From: Antedon mediterranea
Taxonomy: Eukaryota; Animalia; Echinodermata
NCBI RefSeq assembly: GCF_964355755.1
Contig: NC_092673.1
Span: 19,837,648 to 19,901,647 of the forward strand
DNA length: 64,000 bases
Direction: 5' to 3'
Part shown: one piece after another, positions 13,817-24,556 of the stretch
Layout: every line of letters starts with the position of its first letter
Numbering within the stretch: the first letter of the stretch is position 1
Program-made: the position numbers and the translations under genes
The notes under the pieces: model-generated
What the model was told of the DNA's origin: nothing
Seen by the model: the letters and a program-made list of their open reading frames with translations, nothing else
Databases searched by the model: none

Positions 13817-14774
13817 TAGTCTGGGTTCCAGACGGAGTTTTGTCTTAATATTAGTTAAAAGATAAATATTTTGGCACATATGGCGTTTCATACGTATACT
13901 ACTTGATTTTGGATACTCCGTCTGGGGAAACACGCACAAGTCACGTGGTTTGACACCAAGAATTCTTGGTGCATACGATTATCCGGTTGACTAGTTTTAG
14001 CTGCATGCGATTGGCTACTCACTCGTACACTGTTTAAATATTCATATTTCAGAATTTCAAAGACTCAACAACTAAGATGATGCGCATGCGCTATGTCACG
14101 TTTAGACAATGTGTACTTGGGTACATTTATGAAAGTCTGAAGGCTAGAAATCATTTTATATGCCTAGTAGTCTGGTAAACATTTGATGGGATCTTTGAAA
14201 CATGAAAACTCGTCTTGATATATGATATGCTAGCTTCTCCGCAAATCAAACATTGAATGGATCATTTATTACGCGGAGATAATTTTGGTTTAATTCCCAC
14301 CCAGACCCTGTCCTGTTCTGTCTGTGTGGTGGTGTAGCCCTGTTGTGTGCCGGTGGTATGTAGGCCTACTTCATTGGCGTTTTATTTGGCAAGTCATACG
14401 TGCGAGTTGAGTAGGACCTACGAAAGAGGCCTAGACCAAGGACTAAACAATTAATAAACAAAACAACTTGGCATTACTATTTTATATTTCAACAGTCTCG
14501 ATCGTACATTAAGCACTGGTAGGCCTACGTACTCGATCTCTTTCATTTTGAAACAAAATGATCATTGGTTGATTCGAAATCCATATTTACATACCGCCCG
14601 CCCCATATAGCCAAATACGGTATGATAACCTACGTCATTCTTATCGTATGTTTGCGGTCTGCAAATCGATTTCTATACGTGTTTCACAAGTCTGTATTTT
14701 CAGACAAAAATCGCGGTCGAAATAAAAACAAATAAATAAAGAAAAAAAGATAATACAGACTTGGGGCAAGTCTA
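13817..14774. mobile_element. Non-autonomous DNA transposon with TAG..CTA ends (Academ/AcademH-like), inserted in a MAM exon
   Basis: Exact 10-bp TSD GTCCATAACC (13807-13816, 14775-14784); removing the element restores the MAM reading RLWTRSGNHGDLW; both ends carry short hairpins. Confidence 0.8.
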
Positions 14775-15455
14775 GTCCATAACCGTTCGAACCCCAAGTT
14801 CGACTTTCTGTAAACATTGAGTGTTCCAACAGTAGCTCCGTACATGTGATAGTAGAATGATAAAGATATCTGCTGCCCTTGCGATAACAATGGACTTCTT
14901 AGTCGAGCTGACATCCCAGTTGTGTGCAATGATGTTTCAATATAAACATAATAATCACCTAAGTATGTTGGAAATAAACAAAATGGTATTTTGAAATTTA
15001 GCACAATATTTTATTGTATCAAAAATAGAATTACCAATAAATCTCTAGCACCTACAAAGTTTTCTGTACCTCCTGTATGGCCGCTTGTTGGTCCAGTGTT
15101 TGTTGAGTCTGTTGCGCCGTTCATCCGTGTCCAATCAAAGTCATCATTATTTTCTTGAGCCCAGCTATCAAAACCTGTCTGGAAATCTGTTTTAACTAAG
15201 AAAAACGGTACTAAATAAAACAGAAATTTGAGTAAAACTGAAAAAGTGAAAACAATAAACAAATGACAATCATCTGTGTATTTGGAAATAAACAAACTAA
15301 ACAACAGAGAATTCGAGTTCTATGATGCTTGTTTTGCCGAAACTTAAAGTCCCATTCCCTACGTTTTATAGATCTAAAGGTCACAAACTACATTTAATGT
15401 AAAAGTAGATACTATATGGTCCTATTCAGATACCTTTTTTCTTCTTTTAACGGTT

Positions 15456-15581
15456 AACAAGATCATATACATGGCTGCAGTCGCGTGCTCAAATTTGAGT
15501 TAGTGTTTACCGACCAATCGACCAACGATCAGCCAACCGACATAGTGAGCTGTGTGGAGTCGCGTTGCATGCGACTAAAAA
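15456..15581. mobile_element. Short Helentron-associated (HINE-like) repeat
   Basis: CATGGCTGCAGTCGCGT at one end, terminal stem-loop AGTCGCGTTGCATGCGACT-AAAA at the other; inverted related copy at 19117-19209. Confidence 0.55.
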
Positions 15582-16784
15582 TGTGAAAAATAAGTCGATT
15601 CTAATCATTTTAGCGATGTTTACCAGCTAGGCCTACAAAACAAGCCTAGCTAGGCTAGGCCTAAAGACCGTCCACGAGAGAACATTTACCGCGATCTACT
15701 TGGGTAGTGCATTGTTTCTCTCTTCTTATCATACCATAAAACGTACAATTAAGACAAGGAATGACCTGGTTTAATGATTTTAAAGTATATATATGCATTA
15801 TTTTTACAAAAAGTCACAACTTGTAGGCAATGGGTCTTTAAAAATATTTTACTGTATTAAAATAGAATTAGTTTTAGTACATTCATTATATCTCAATGAA
15901 CCGGAATTGTTTCTTTTGCAACCAAACTCTTATTTCTCCATGGTTTTAGTGTATTCATTAGATCTCAAGGAACTCTAGGATGGATCACTACAATACGTTT
16001 CTCTAACAATCACAAACCTGTACGCACTTACCCATTGATGACGTATCATTTTCTTGAGTCCATTCATTAAAACCATTATTGAAATCTGTATTAACTATAA
16101 AAAACATATCCTGTATTTGAATCGATAAATTAGCATTTTTCACTGATAATGTATGATACCTTGCCTCGCGTAAGCATCATATGGCGTCAATGCGCAACAC
16201 CACTAACCATCACCTTACAGACATTCACAGATAAGAGACACGCTATATATTTCATCGTAAATGAGGTACATTATATGATAATGTAACTGAAAGGAAATAA
16301 AATTATCAACATTATATCACTTACAGTTTTCTTTTATTTTCCAAACCTCTGGAGCTGCTGCTGCTGCTGTTCCGTTTATATTTGCTATTGCCGCGTACAT
16401 TATACCATCGACTGAGAATAGTTTACCACTCACAGACCCATGACTTGGTAGCTGAGCATACTCCACGAATAGGTTACTGGTAAAATTCCATTTATACACC
16501 GTTGAGTTCATTTCGTATGATGTTTCGTTAGTCACAAGTAAATAATGATTTGTAGTCAATTCTAAATACGATGCATCACATGCGCCATGTGTTGCCATCG
16601 CCTGATGTTGTTCAAAAAAACCTAAAACAAATAGAATTACATATTTTTATAGAACAGAAATTAAAGTAGTGTGGGAAGATGGATGTTTCAGAATAAGTTG
16701 GACAGAAAAACGAAAAATGGATTGGAGAGCAAAACATACAGCAAGTAAAAATCAAGAAATCGAGACGGACAGGACAATCAATTA

Positions 16785-16935
16785 ATCAACATCCATCAAT
16801 CAATATCAATAAATATCAATCAATAAATCAATATCAATCAATCAATCAATATCAATCAATCAATATCAATCAATCAATCAATCAATCAATATCAATCAAT
16901 TAATGCCAATCAATAAATCAATATCAATCAACCAA
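16785..16935. repeat. (ATCA)n-type microsatellite in an intron
   Basis: Runs of ATCAATCAAT / ATCAATATCA. Confidence 0.9.
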
Positions 16936-17969
16936 TATACAATAATTAGTAGAGTACCCTTACCTGTATGTGAGTTAAATGTGTAGACGTAAACTATTCT
17001 GCTGTCCGCAACAAACAAAATATAGAGTTGTTCATTTATTATAAAATTCTCAACTTTTCGTACATCACTTGTTCCAGTCAAATCTTGGTAATGTTCATAC
17101 AGTTTATTAGTATTGTTGTATCTTTATATTGGAGTTCCACAAGAACTGTAAACAAAAAAATACCTCGCCTCAATACTCCAAATGTTTCCAGACCGTTCCC
17201 TTATAATGCAAGGACATAATACGCAACGCAAGCCAATTGACCAATGGCAAAAGACAGTTCGTACAATCCATCGCTTGTGATTGGTCAAATCAATTACGTT
17301 GCGTCTACGTCTTTGTGTTGGACGCAAATGGGAACCAAGGCGTTTGAATGATTTCACGTAATAAAATAATTATAATCATTAAACAAAATTACGGATAAGA
17401 ATAATAGTATAAAAAGGCGTTTAATTAAAAACTGTCTTGAATTTGAGTTTCGAGAACCATTCCTCATCTTTGCATGACAATAGAGGTTACACAGTATAGC
17501 CCTAAAGAATAGCGTTGGGTCTTTGTTTTACTTTTTTATTTTTTATTTTCCTTTTGTCCGAGTTCAAGATACTTACAATCCGCCAATCACAAGATAATGT
17601 TTGTTCTTGTGTGTGAACGCCGTATTGCTTGCTGATGATATACCAACAATGTTTGATTTAAACTCATAGTCGTGGATAAATTCTGAAAGATTCAATCTAA
17701 AGTGTCAGAGAGCTTAACTCTGCTAAAATTATACACGGCCTAAATAAGAATGGTCTGCATAACCAACTGTAAATTTAATAAACAAGGTGATAGCTAGGGT
17801 CTAATTTCATCGATTTCTGTTTGATATCCAAAGTACAGAATTAATGATTAAAAAAACTTTAAAAAATTATGTTTTATCGAACGTCAATGTTTCGTTGCTA
17901 TGCGCATATCGATTGGTGCATAGCCGCGTGGAGCGCCGGACGTGAAAACAAGTTTAAAAGACCATTTAA

Positions 17970-18092
17970 GCCTGTTTTCCGCTTGGCGATTTTATTCACG
18001 CGGAAAGAAGCGTCTACTAGAAAAGGGTAGCGCGATATCTCTGCGAAACGATTGCATACACGTGACTAAATTCGCCTAGTAGAAAACAGGTT
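17970..18092. mobile_element. Small Harbinger-like MITE
   Basis: Imperfect TIR CCTGTTTTC..GGCGA / TCGCC..GAAAACAGG with TAA/TTA-like flanks. Confidence 0.5.
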
Positions 18093-18098
18093 ATTATT

Positions 18099-18211
18099 CT
18101 GTCTACACTATAAAACTTTATGTGAAAAAAATGTGATATGCCCATTCATTATGATATCATATCACTACCATATTTGGGTATATCACTACCATATTAGTGT
18201 AGACAGAGCTT
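18099..18211. mobile_element. Small MITE (CTCTGTCTACACT family)
   Basis: TCTGTCTACACTA...TAGTGTAGACAGAGCT; related degenerate copy near 37240-37390. Confidence 0.55.
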
Positions 18212-19116
18212 TAGGCAAGAGAAGACTATGGACTGTACTTACTGTTTTCACAAAACTTCCCGTAAAAATCTGTTGGACATACACAGGTGTATCCCAGTTC
18301 TGAACAGTCATTGACACGCCTCCGTTGACGCATTTGTTTTTTGCTTGGCATGCCCCAATGTAATTCTATAACCAATAAACAAATTCTAACATCTTCGCCT
18401 CAGCATCCCAAGGAAATCGTAAGATTTACAAAATTAGAAAGCGCACAACAAATTTAAAAACATGGGGTTGGGCATCCATTAAATATTTTCGGGCTGGGAA
18501 CCGGAGTTAAAAAGTAGAAAGAGAAAACTCCATTTTAAACTTACCCGAGTAAAATCTTTTCTTTTTTGTCCCATGTCATAGAACCAGACACCAGATAACG
18601 TCTCCATGTGCTCCGGTCCAGTGACGCTATCCCGATCAAACGTCGCTCACCCTTGCGTATCAGCAGCGTACGTAAAAGCTAGGCAACGTGCGTCCTTTCG
18701 ACAAAGCTGCATACACTCGTATTGGGTTGCCTTGTAGTTGCCAAGTTCGTTTGACATTGCTGTGTTAGCGTGTCCGTTGAAGTGAGAAGGTGACGTTTCT
18801 GGTGGCTTGATATCACATTCCACATACGCGTAACAATTAGTTAACGGCAGTAGAACAAGATACGAGACTGCAAGTTAAAATATCTTGGTTTCGAACATCT
18901 TTTGTTCCTTTTGGCATTAAGTTCTCAACAAATTGTCTTTAAACTGCAGTGTTTCTTTACAAACCAATAAATATATATACTATATAATTAGCAAGCGTCT
19001 GTATATCTAGCTACACACTGACCGTTTTCGTGACTGTGACTTTACTCTAACGTAACTAAATGACTGCACAAACCTTTATACAATATGCCTCTATTTTATG
19101 ACCATTAAAACAAACC

Positions 19117-19209
19117 TTTTTAGTCGCTCACTATGTCGGTCGGATGGTTGGTCGGTCGGTAAACACTAACTTGAGTACGCGACTGCAGCCATGTTTATGG
19201 CCTTGTTTT
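19117..19209. mobile_element. Short HINE-like repeat (inverted, internally deleted relative of 15456-15581)
   Basis: Shared GCTCACTATGTCGG, GTAAACACTAAC and ACGCGACTGCAGCCATG blocks. Confidence 0.55.
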
Positions 19210-19332
19210 AAATCTACATGCTATAAACTATGTTTACAATAAATATTTATTTATAATGAAGATAAACATAAAACAACATATGGTGATTATCGTAAATAAA
19301 TTATTCATTAGATAATGCTGTATATCGGTTAT

Positions 19333-19385
19333 AGTTGATGCTGCGTCCGATTCGTCGAGTGATTGTACTAGTTCAGTAACACCAC
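19333..19385 (-). pseudogene. Orphan exon fragment of the EAR gene family
   Basis: Acceptor TTTAG followed by GGVTELVQSLDESDAAST; about 3 mismatches in 50 bp versus 36301-36350. Confidence 0.8.
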
Positions 19386-19680
19386 CTAAAGGGGAGCAAA
19401 TGACTGAAAAAATGTTTATATAAATAAATTTAAACGCCAAATTTACACTTACTACACTTAGCAAGCGTCTGTATATAATAGAAAAAACAACACCACATTG
19501 TATTATAAGCATAGGCGCCGCGATTGCACTGCGGAAAAACGGTGGTGACTATTGCGTATTTAAAAGTATAAGAAGTTGATAAACAACATTTAACACACAC
19601 GAGTGTATTCTTGCCATTTGATTGGTTACTTACGCATCACTTGCGACTGGGTATTAGTTGTACCATCTCTTTGCTTCTAC

Positions 19681-19708
19681 CATGGAGAAATAAGTTTATT
19701 TCTCCATG
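19681..19708. repeat. Micro-palindrome, probable P-superfamily excision footprint
   Basis: CATGGAGAAATAAGTTTATTTCTCCATG flanked by CTTCTAC / GTTCTAC. Confidence 0.55.
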
Positions 19709-20416
19709 GTTCTACCTAATGGAAAAGTGATATCTAATGACTGGTGATAAATAATAGTTCTAATGCATGTTCAGCCTTTTGTTCCCTCAGGAAAAACTCC
19801 TTTATTTTTAACGGACCTTTTTTTGGAATAATTTATCCTTAAACAAAATCATTAAAAACCTTACAAGAAATATTTAACCATCAATATACATCAGATAGTT
19901 ATTAAGTTGGCTCCTATGGATTTTTTTTGTTGATAATAAACTATATTTTATGATTTATTAAATGTGGAATAATAAAATGAATGAATGTTTTCGCGTATGA
20001 AAAACAAAATGTAAAGGCCAACTAAAGGTCAATTTACACAGGCGAACATATAGATGTTATTCCTTATGACCATTTACACACTACGCCTATTAAACGATTG
20101 TTAACTATGCGTTTTGAAAATAATAAATTATATACTCTCCAAAAACATGAACATGAATACTAAAATAACAAACAAGCAGTAACGGTCGTCCAGAACGACG
20201 GAAACATGTCAACAATAAATAAAAATAACAAACATAGCATATTATTTGGTAACAGGTTAACACTAAAATTAGTATCGTGAATTATTAGTAATGTATTTTA
20301 ATATGGAAACATTTTAAAGCTTATATAGCGTTTAACCGGACCAGTGGCGCAACACAGATGCCTGACGCCCGTGGTTTAGCAACCCTAAGTGACATTCCGA
20401 CGCTGGATCCAGACGT

Positions 20417-20604
20417 TGTACTGAAGAAAGGCCCATAAATAATATATACATATACGCAAGAACTTTCTTATTTTTTATTATCTTTTATTTTCACACTTCT
20501 TACCAACCACGCTGTCGGTATTCTTCTATCTATGACACGCCAAAACGGCCTTTTACACCCTATACAATAGCGCCCTCATTATTCTTTTGTTGTTCTTCAG
20601 AACA
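20417..20604 (-). repeat. 3' LTR of BEL/Pao element 2
   Basis: Direct repeat of 23645-23832; preceded on the minus strand by polypurine tract GAGGAAGGGGAGA (20606-20618). Confidence 0.95.
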
Positions 20605-20940
20605 TTCTCCCCTTCCTCGACATACAGTTGTTTGTCGATCCCTTTATTAAAATCTCAAATAACTTTTAACATAATAATAAATATCATGAAACATCATTAT
20701 CAACAAAAAACCTATCACTCATATTCACTATAATTATATAACATCATTTCTAAATTAAAAACTATTTTTACTGATATTAATATTCACATTGAACTTGTTG
20801 ATAACTCATTTAACATCACTGTCCTTATTTGAACATTATCCAACAATGTATAACAATTATATGATCAATTTCTACACTATTCACTTTAACATAATTCAAC
20901 TCTAAACTTATTAACACTAAAACTTAAACATTTGTGCTTC

Positions 20941-23469
20941 TTAATATAACACCTTTCTATATCTTGATAACACATCGAATAAATCGTTCTGCAATTTAGG
21001 CCCGGGATAGATCATGTCATTCAAACATCTTCTCCCATAACGCGCCGCGGCGTCAAACACTAACCTAACTTTCGTTGTTTCCCTATCGGGTTTAACTACT
21101 GGGAAATGTGGTAGAAACCATTGATTTAGTTCTGTTAGGGATTGGTCTATTTTTCTGACATAGCCTTTGGATCTGTAATTATCTAAAACATTTTGATAAT
21201 TATCGCCTAACATCTTGTCTCTAGTTAATTTTCTTTCTAGACACTCTAATCTCTTAAATGCCATCTCATAATTGTTATCCATATTTAATCCTTCTTCCCG
21301 CCACAGAATATTCACACTGTATCGCCCATCAACAGCTGTCAATGACTCTGACACTTTTTGAATCACTCTTTCATCTTCAGCTTTATATATTTTCAAATCA
21401 CTTACTCCACAACTATCTACTTCCCAAAACTTCCTCATTAACTCGTCCACATCATTACTTCGTTCACTACTGGTTTTGTAAGTATTCACATGTAGTGATG
21501 TTGTTCGCCAACTTCTACTCAAAGGACCAACACACGTCCAACCTAACGGTGTTCTTCTCGCAACAGGTTCTCCAGGACCCCCACATTTCTCTTCTAATGC
21601 TGTATGCAACTCTGGACAATCCACTCCAATCAGTAAATCTATCTGTTTTCTCTGACTACTTATTACTGAAAATTCTATGTCTCTCAAATGATCCCAATCC
21701 TTACTAACACTACTCCAATCTAACGCTTCTAGTCTACCAGTAACATCACTTATAGTCACTGCATTCACTTTAAATTTCTTAGATCCATCCAACGGTAATA
21801 CAAATATCTCAACTGGCTTAGTCACAAATCTTTCCTCCTTACCACGTAACAAACTCACAACCATCTCTTCTGTTACTCCACTGAGACCCAACTCTCCACA
21901 TAACTCTTCATTAACATATGTCTGAGTACTACCATCATCTAATAATGCATTCACCTCTATTCTTTTCTTTCCATTACTAACTATGATTGGTATGGTTCGC
22001 AAAGCAATAGTGTTTGTCCCTGTTTCTGTTTTAGTTACTTTACGCTCCCCTTCCCTGGCAACTCCTACCTCTACAGTTTCAAAATTACTTTCCTTTTTTA
22101 CTTTTTCTCTATGTAACAACCTATTATGGTCACTCTTACATCCATTTATACCACAGGACATAACCCGTTTACAATCAACTGCCCTATGTTTACATAGACA
22201 CTTAAAGCACAATTTTTCTTGGCTAGCAATATTCCATCTCTCATTGATGGATAGTTGTCTGAATTTTACACATTCCCATAACCTATGGTTTTTCTTACAA
22301 CATACACATTTGAACAAAGGTGATTCACTAGGCTTTTCCCCTGTGGGTGTACAATTATGACTGTAAGCCTTTTTTCCTCTAAAATCTGTGTTTACTACTC
22401 GACTCTTATTTTCATTAGCTGTAGTGCTAATATTTCTTCCAAACATATTGCTGTTTACTGCAGCTTGACTCTCTACAAATTTTAACATATCCAAGAAACT
22501 TGGTTCCCTTTCACTAAGTATTGATTGTGCAGCATTAGCCCATTTAGCTTGCATAAATCTAGGTAATAGCCCTTGAATTTTTAATAGGTTGGAGGTACTG
22601 TTTAAATCATTTGTGTACCCCATTTTTGTTAGTATTAGTTGAAATTTTTTCATGTCACTGACTAGTCCCCATAACTCTTCATGGTTTCCTGCATTAATCT
22701 CTTTTCTGTTGGTTAACTTAAGCATCAATGAGTTTAAAACTAGATGGGGCTGCCCAAACTGCCTTTTAAGAATCTCTAAAGCCTGCTTATAACCTTCTTC
22801 TCCTAATAGAGGACAGCTTACTATACTTTCCTTTGCCTTATTTTTACATAACTGTAGAAGGTATTGTAATTTTGCATTATCTGATGTTAACTTACTTGCT
22901 ACATTTATCTCAAAATTTTGTACAAAAGCCAAATAGTTTCCCGGATCCCCATGGAATTCTATCACTTCCGCTTTTGGAAGTTCTAGGGCTAATTTGAATG
23001 CGGCCATAGCATCCATATCATTACTGTTAACCTTATTATTACCATCTTTCTCTCTCTGATCAACGTTTTCACTGTCCTCTTCTACCATAACTCTGTCAGT
23101 CTCTTCTGTCACTGTTCCCCTGACTGGCGGCTCCAGCACCCTCTTAGTCTCATGTATCACCTCTAGAAAATCCTTTTGGCAATCTTGCATCCACTTCTCC
23201 GCTTCCTCAAATTGTTCTTCATCTTCCAAATTTATCATTTCCACAATCTGCTCGTGAGCCCTCTCTACTGTTTCAAATACCTCGTTTGCTTTCTTTAATA
23301 AGTTCTGTATTAACTCAATGTCCCTCTCTAGTTCCTCCTTCTGACACAAAACATTTATTGTGTTTGTAATCCTTGTTAACTGTCCTTTTCTATTTCTTCG
23401 TAGTATTTTTATATCTTTTTTTTGTTTCTCCATGTCTTCCATTTTGTTTGACTTTTCGCTTAGAAGCAT
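20941..23469 (-). CDS. BEL/Pao Gag-protease with truncated RT start (842 aa)
   Basis: DUF1759-like region (FHGDPGNYLAF), three Cys/His knuckles, protease ALLDDGS, RT N-terminal motifs WFLPHFPV / VRLVFDAA / GPKLQNDL, then a stop; no YxDD, RNase H or integrase. Confidence 0.9.
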   Translation of the reverse strand: MLLSEKSNKMEDMEKQKKDIKILRRNRKGQLTRITNTINVLCQKEELERDIELIQNLLKKANEVFETVERAHEQIVEMINLEDEEQFEEAEKWMQDCQKDFLEVIHETKRVLEPPVRGTVTEETDRVMVEEDSENVDQREKDGNNKVNSNDMDAMAAFKLALELPKAEVIEFHGDPGNYLAFVQNFEINVASKLTSDNAKLQYLLQLCKNKAKESIVSCPLLGEEGYKQALEILKRQFGQPHLVLNSLMLKLTNRKEINAGNHEELWGLVSDMKKFQLILTKMGYTNDLNSTSNLLKIQGLLPRFMQAKWANAAQSILSEREPSFLDMLKFVESQAAVNSNMFGRNISTTANENKSRVVNTDFRGKKAYSHNCTPTGEKPSESPLFKCVCCKKNHRLWECVKFRQLSINERWNIASQEKLCFKCLCKHRAVDCKRVMSCGINGCKSDHNRLLHREKVKKESNFETVEVGVAREGERKVTKTETGTNTIALRTIPIIVSNGKKRIEVNALLDDGSTQTYVNEELCGELGLSGVTEEMVVSLLRGKEERFVTKPVEIFVLPLDGSKKFKVNAVTISDVTGRLEALDWSSVSKDWDHLRDIEFSVISSQRKQIDLLIGVDCPELHTALEEKCGGPGEPVARRTPLGWTCVGPLSRSWRTTSLHVNTYKTSSERSNDVDELMRKFWEVDSCGVSDLKIYKAEDERVIQKVSESLTAVDGRYSVNILWREEGLNMDNNYEMAFKRLECLERKLTRDKMLGDNYQNVLDNYRSKGYVRKIDQSLTELNQWFLPHFPVVKPDRETTKVRLVFDAAARYGRRCLNDMIYPGPKLQNDLFDVLSRYRKVLY

Positions 23470-23620
23470 GCACTGTACTCACGTGTATGTGTGACGTTCG
23501 CTCCCTAGCTAGAAGCATGCACTTTACTCACGTGCTCCGTTGCAACTAACTATAGGCTCACAACTTTCAGCCTAAAAATGTTGGTTCTTTAAAGTTTAAT
23601 TTGTTTAAATTGGTCTATCT

Positions 23621-23638
23621 AACCTCGCTCTGCTACCA
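23621..23638 (-). promoter_or_regulatory. Primer-binding site for initiator tRNA-Met
   Basis: TGGTAGCAGAGCGAGGTT, 6 nt inside the 5' LTR; complementary to the tRNAi-Met 3' end (CUCUGCUACCA). Confidence 0.85.
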
Positions 23639-23644
23639 TTTTCT

Positions 23645-23832
23645 TGTACTGAAGAAAGGCCAATAAATAATATATACATATACGCAAGAACTTTCTTATT
23701 TTTTATTATCTTTTATTTTCACACTTCTTACCAACCACGCTGTCGGTATTCTTCTATCTATGACACGCCAAAACGGCCTTTTACACCCTATACAATAGCG
23801 CCCTCATTATTCTTTTGTTGTTCTTTAGAACA
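23645..23832 (-). repeat. 5' LTR of BEL/Pao element 2
   Basis: Direct repeat of 20417-20604. Confidence 0.95.
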
Positions 23833-24556
23833 GACGTTTTTAGCTTTTTCGACATACTTGAATGCCTAATTGTTTCTCGCTCATAGCCACTGCGCAACGT
23901 AAAGATTTGAACAATCACAAGCGATAGATTATTCGAACCATCGCCTGTCATTAGTTAACTCACTTGCGTTACGTCTTTATTAGATGAATTTCATTTTTTC
24001 GTTTTGTTGGCTTGACCAGGGTTATTTTGAAATGGAATGGAAACATCATATCAAGTCATCGGTCCTTGTAGGTCTACCATGGATAACATAGCACAAGGAT
24101 ATGCATCAGCGGTGAGATCAAACGATTATCCAAACGCGCTAAAGCACTGCTGCCAATCAAACAAACACGCACTTTGATCACCATGTCTTTTACCGCGGCC
24201 CTTTATAGAAAGTTGCGAATGAACAAAACGATACACATGCAGACGACGTATGCGCAGATTGATTGTTCTATTGATTGTTTGCGTCGATGATTAATTGACA
24301 ACAAGAAGATATTTCTGAACAACTATTTTTAATATCATCAAAATAGGACTACGAAAAGTTCAATTTCAAGAAAGTACTTTTAAGTAGTTTATATAATATA
24401 TAACAAAATATGCATTTTTTATATTTGAATCATAATTGTTCCGGAAATATCCAGAAATTAAAAATTAAGCGATAGGCCTGGACTATACTTACCGTGTACA
24501 GTAAATATACGGCTAAGCAGCGGGTTTTTTTTGTTATGAATCTAAAGAAAGTTTCT

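Larger units (their letters stand above)
11290..18898 (-). pseudogene. Host gene copy A: secreted signal peptide-PAN/Apple-EGF-EPTP/EAR repeat protein with inserted MAM domains
   Basis: GT-AG exons: 18898-18545 (SP+PAN: ECMQLCRKDARCLAFTY), 18365-18243 (EGF: CVNGG..CVCPTDFYGKFCE), 17682-17577, 17145-16964, 16621-16325 (EAR: NHYLLVTN..STVYKWN..FVEYAQLPSHG), 16094-16032 (truncated MAM), 15195-15070 plus 14958-13655 (MAM, split by a transposon), 13390-13268 plus 13159-~12830 (MAM: SARLRSP, FYYHMYG, GDIAIDD), 12400-12216, 11559-11290 (EAR, ends NIYQWV*). Lesions: TAA 18875-18877, TGA 18647-18649, TAA 17124-17126, frameshift in the EGF exon, transposon in a MAM exon. Confidence 0.85.
20417..23832 (-). 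mobile_element. BEL/Pao LTR retrotransposon 2: complete termini, internally deleted (3.4 kb)
   Basis: Two 188-bp TG..CA LTRs differing at 2 sites by eye, 5-bp TSD GACGT (20412-20416, 23833-23837), PBS, PPT and one ORF. Confidence 0.95.

Noticed and set aside
18647-18649. Selenocysteine codon (TGA at an expected PAN Cys position)
   Set aside because: The same gene has TAA stops, a frameshift and an exonic transposon, so a nonsense mutation is simpler
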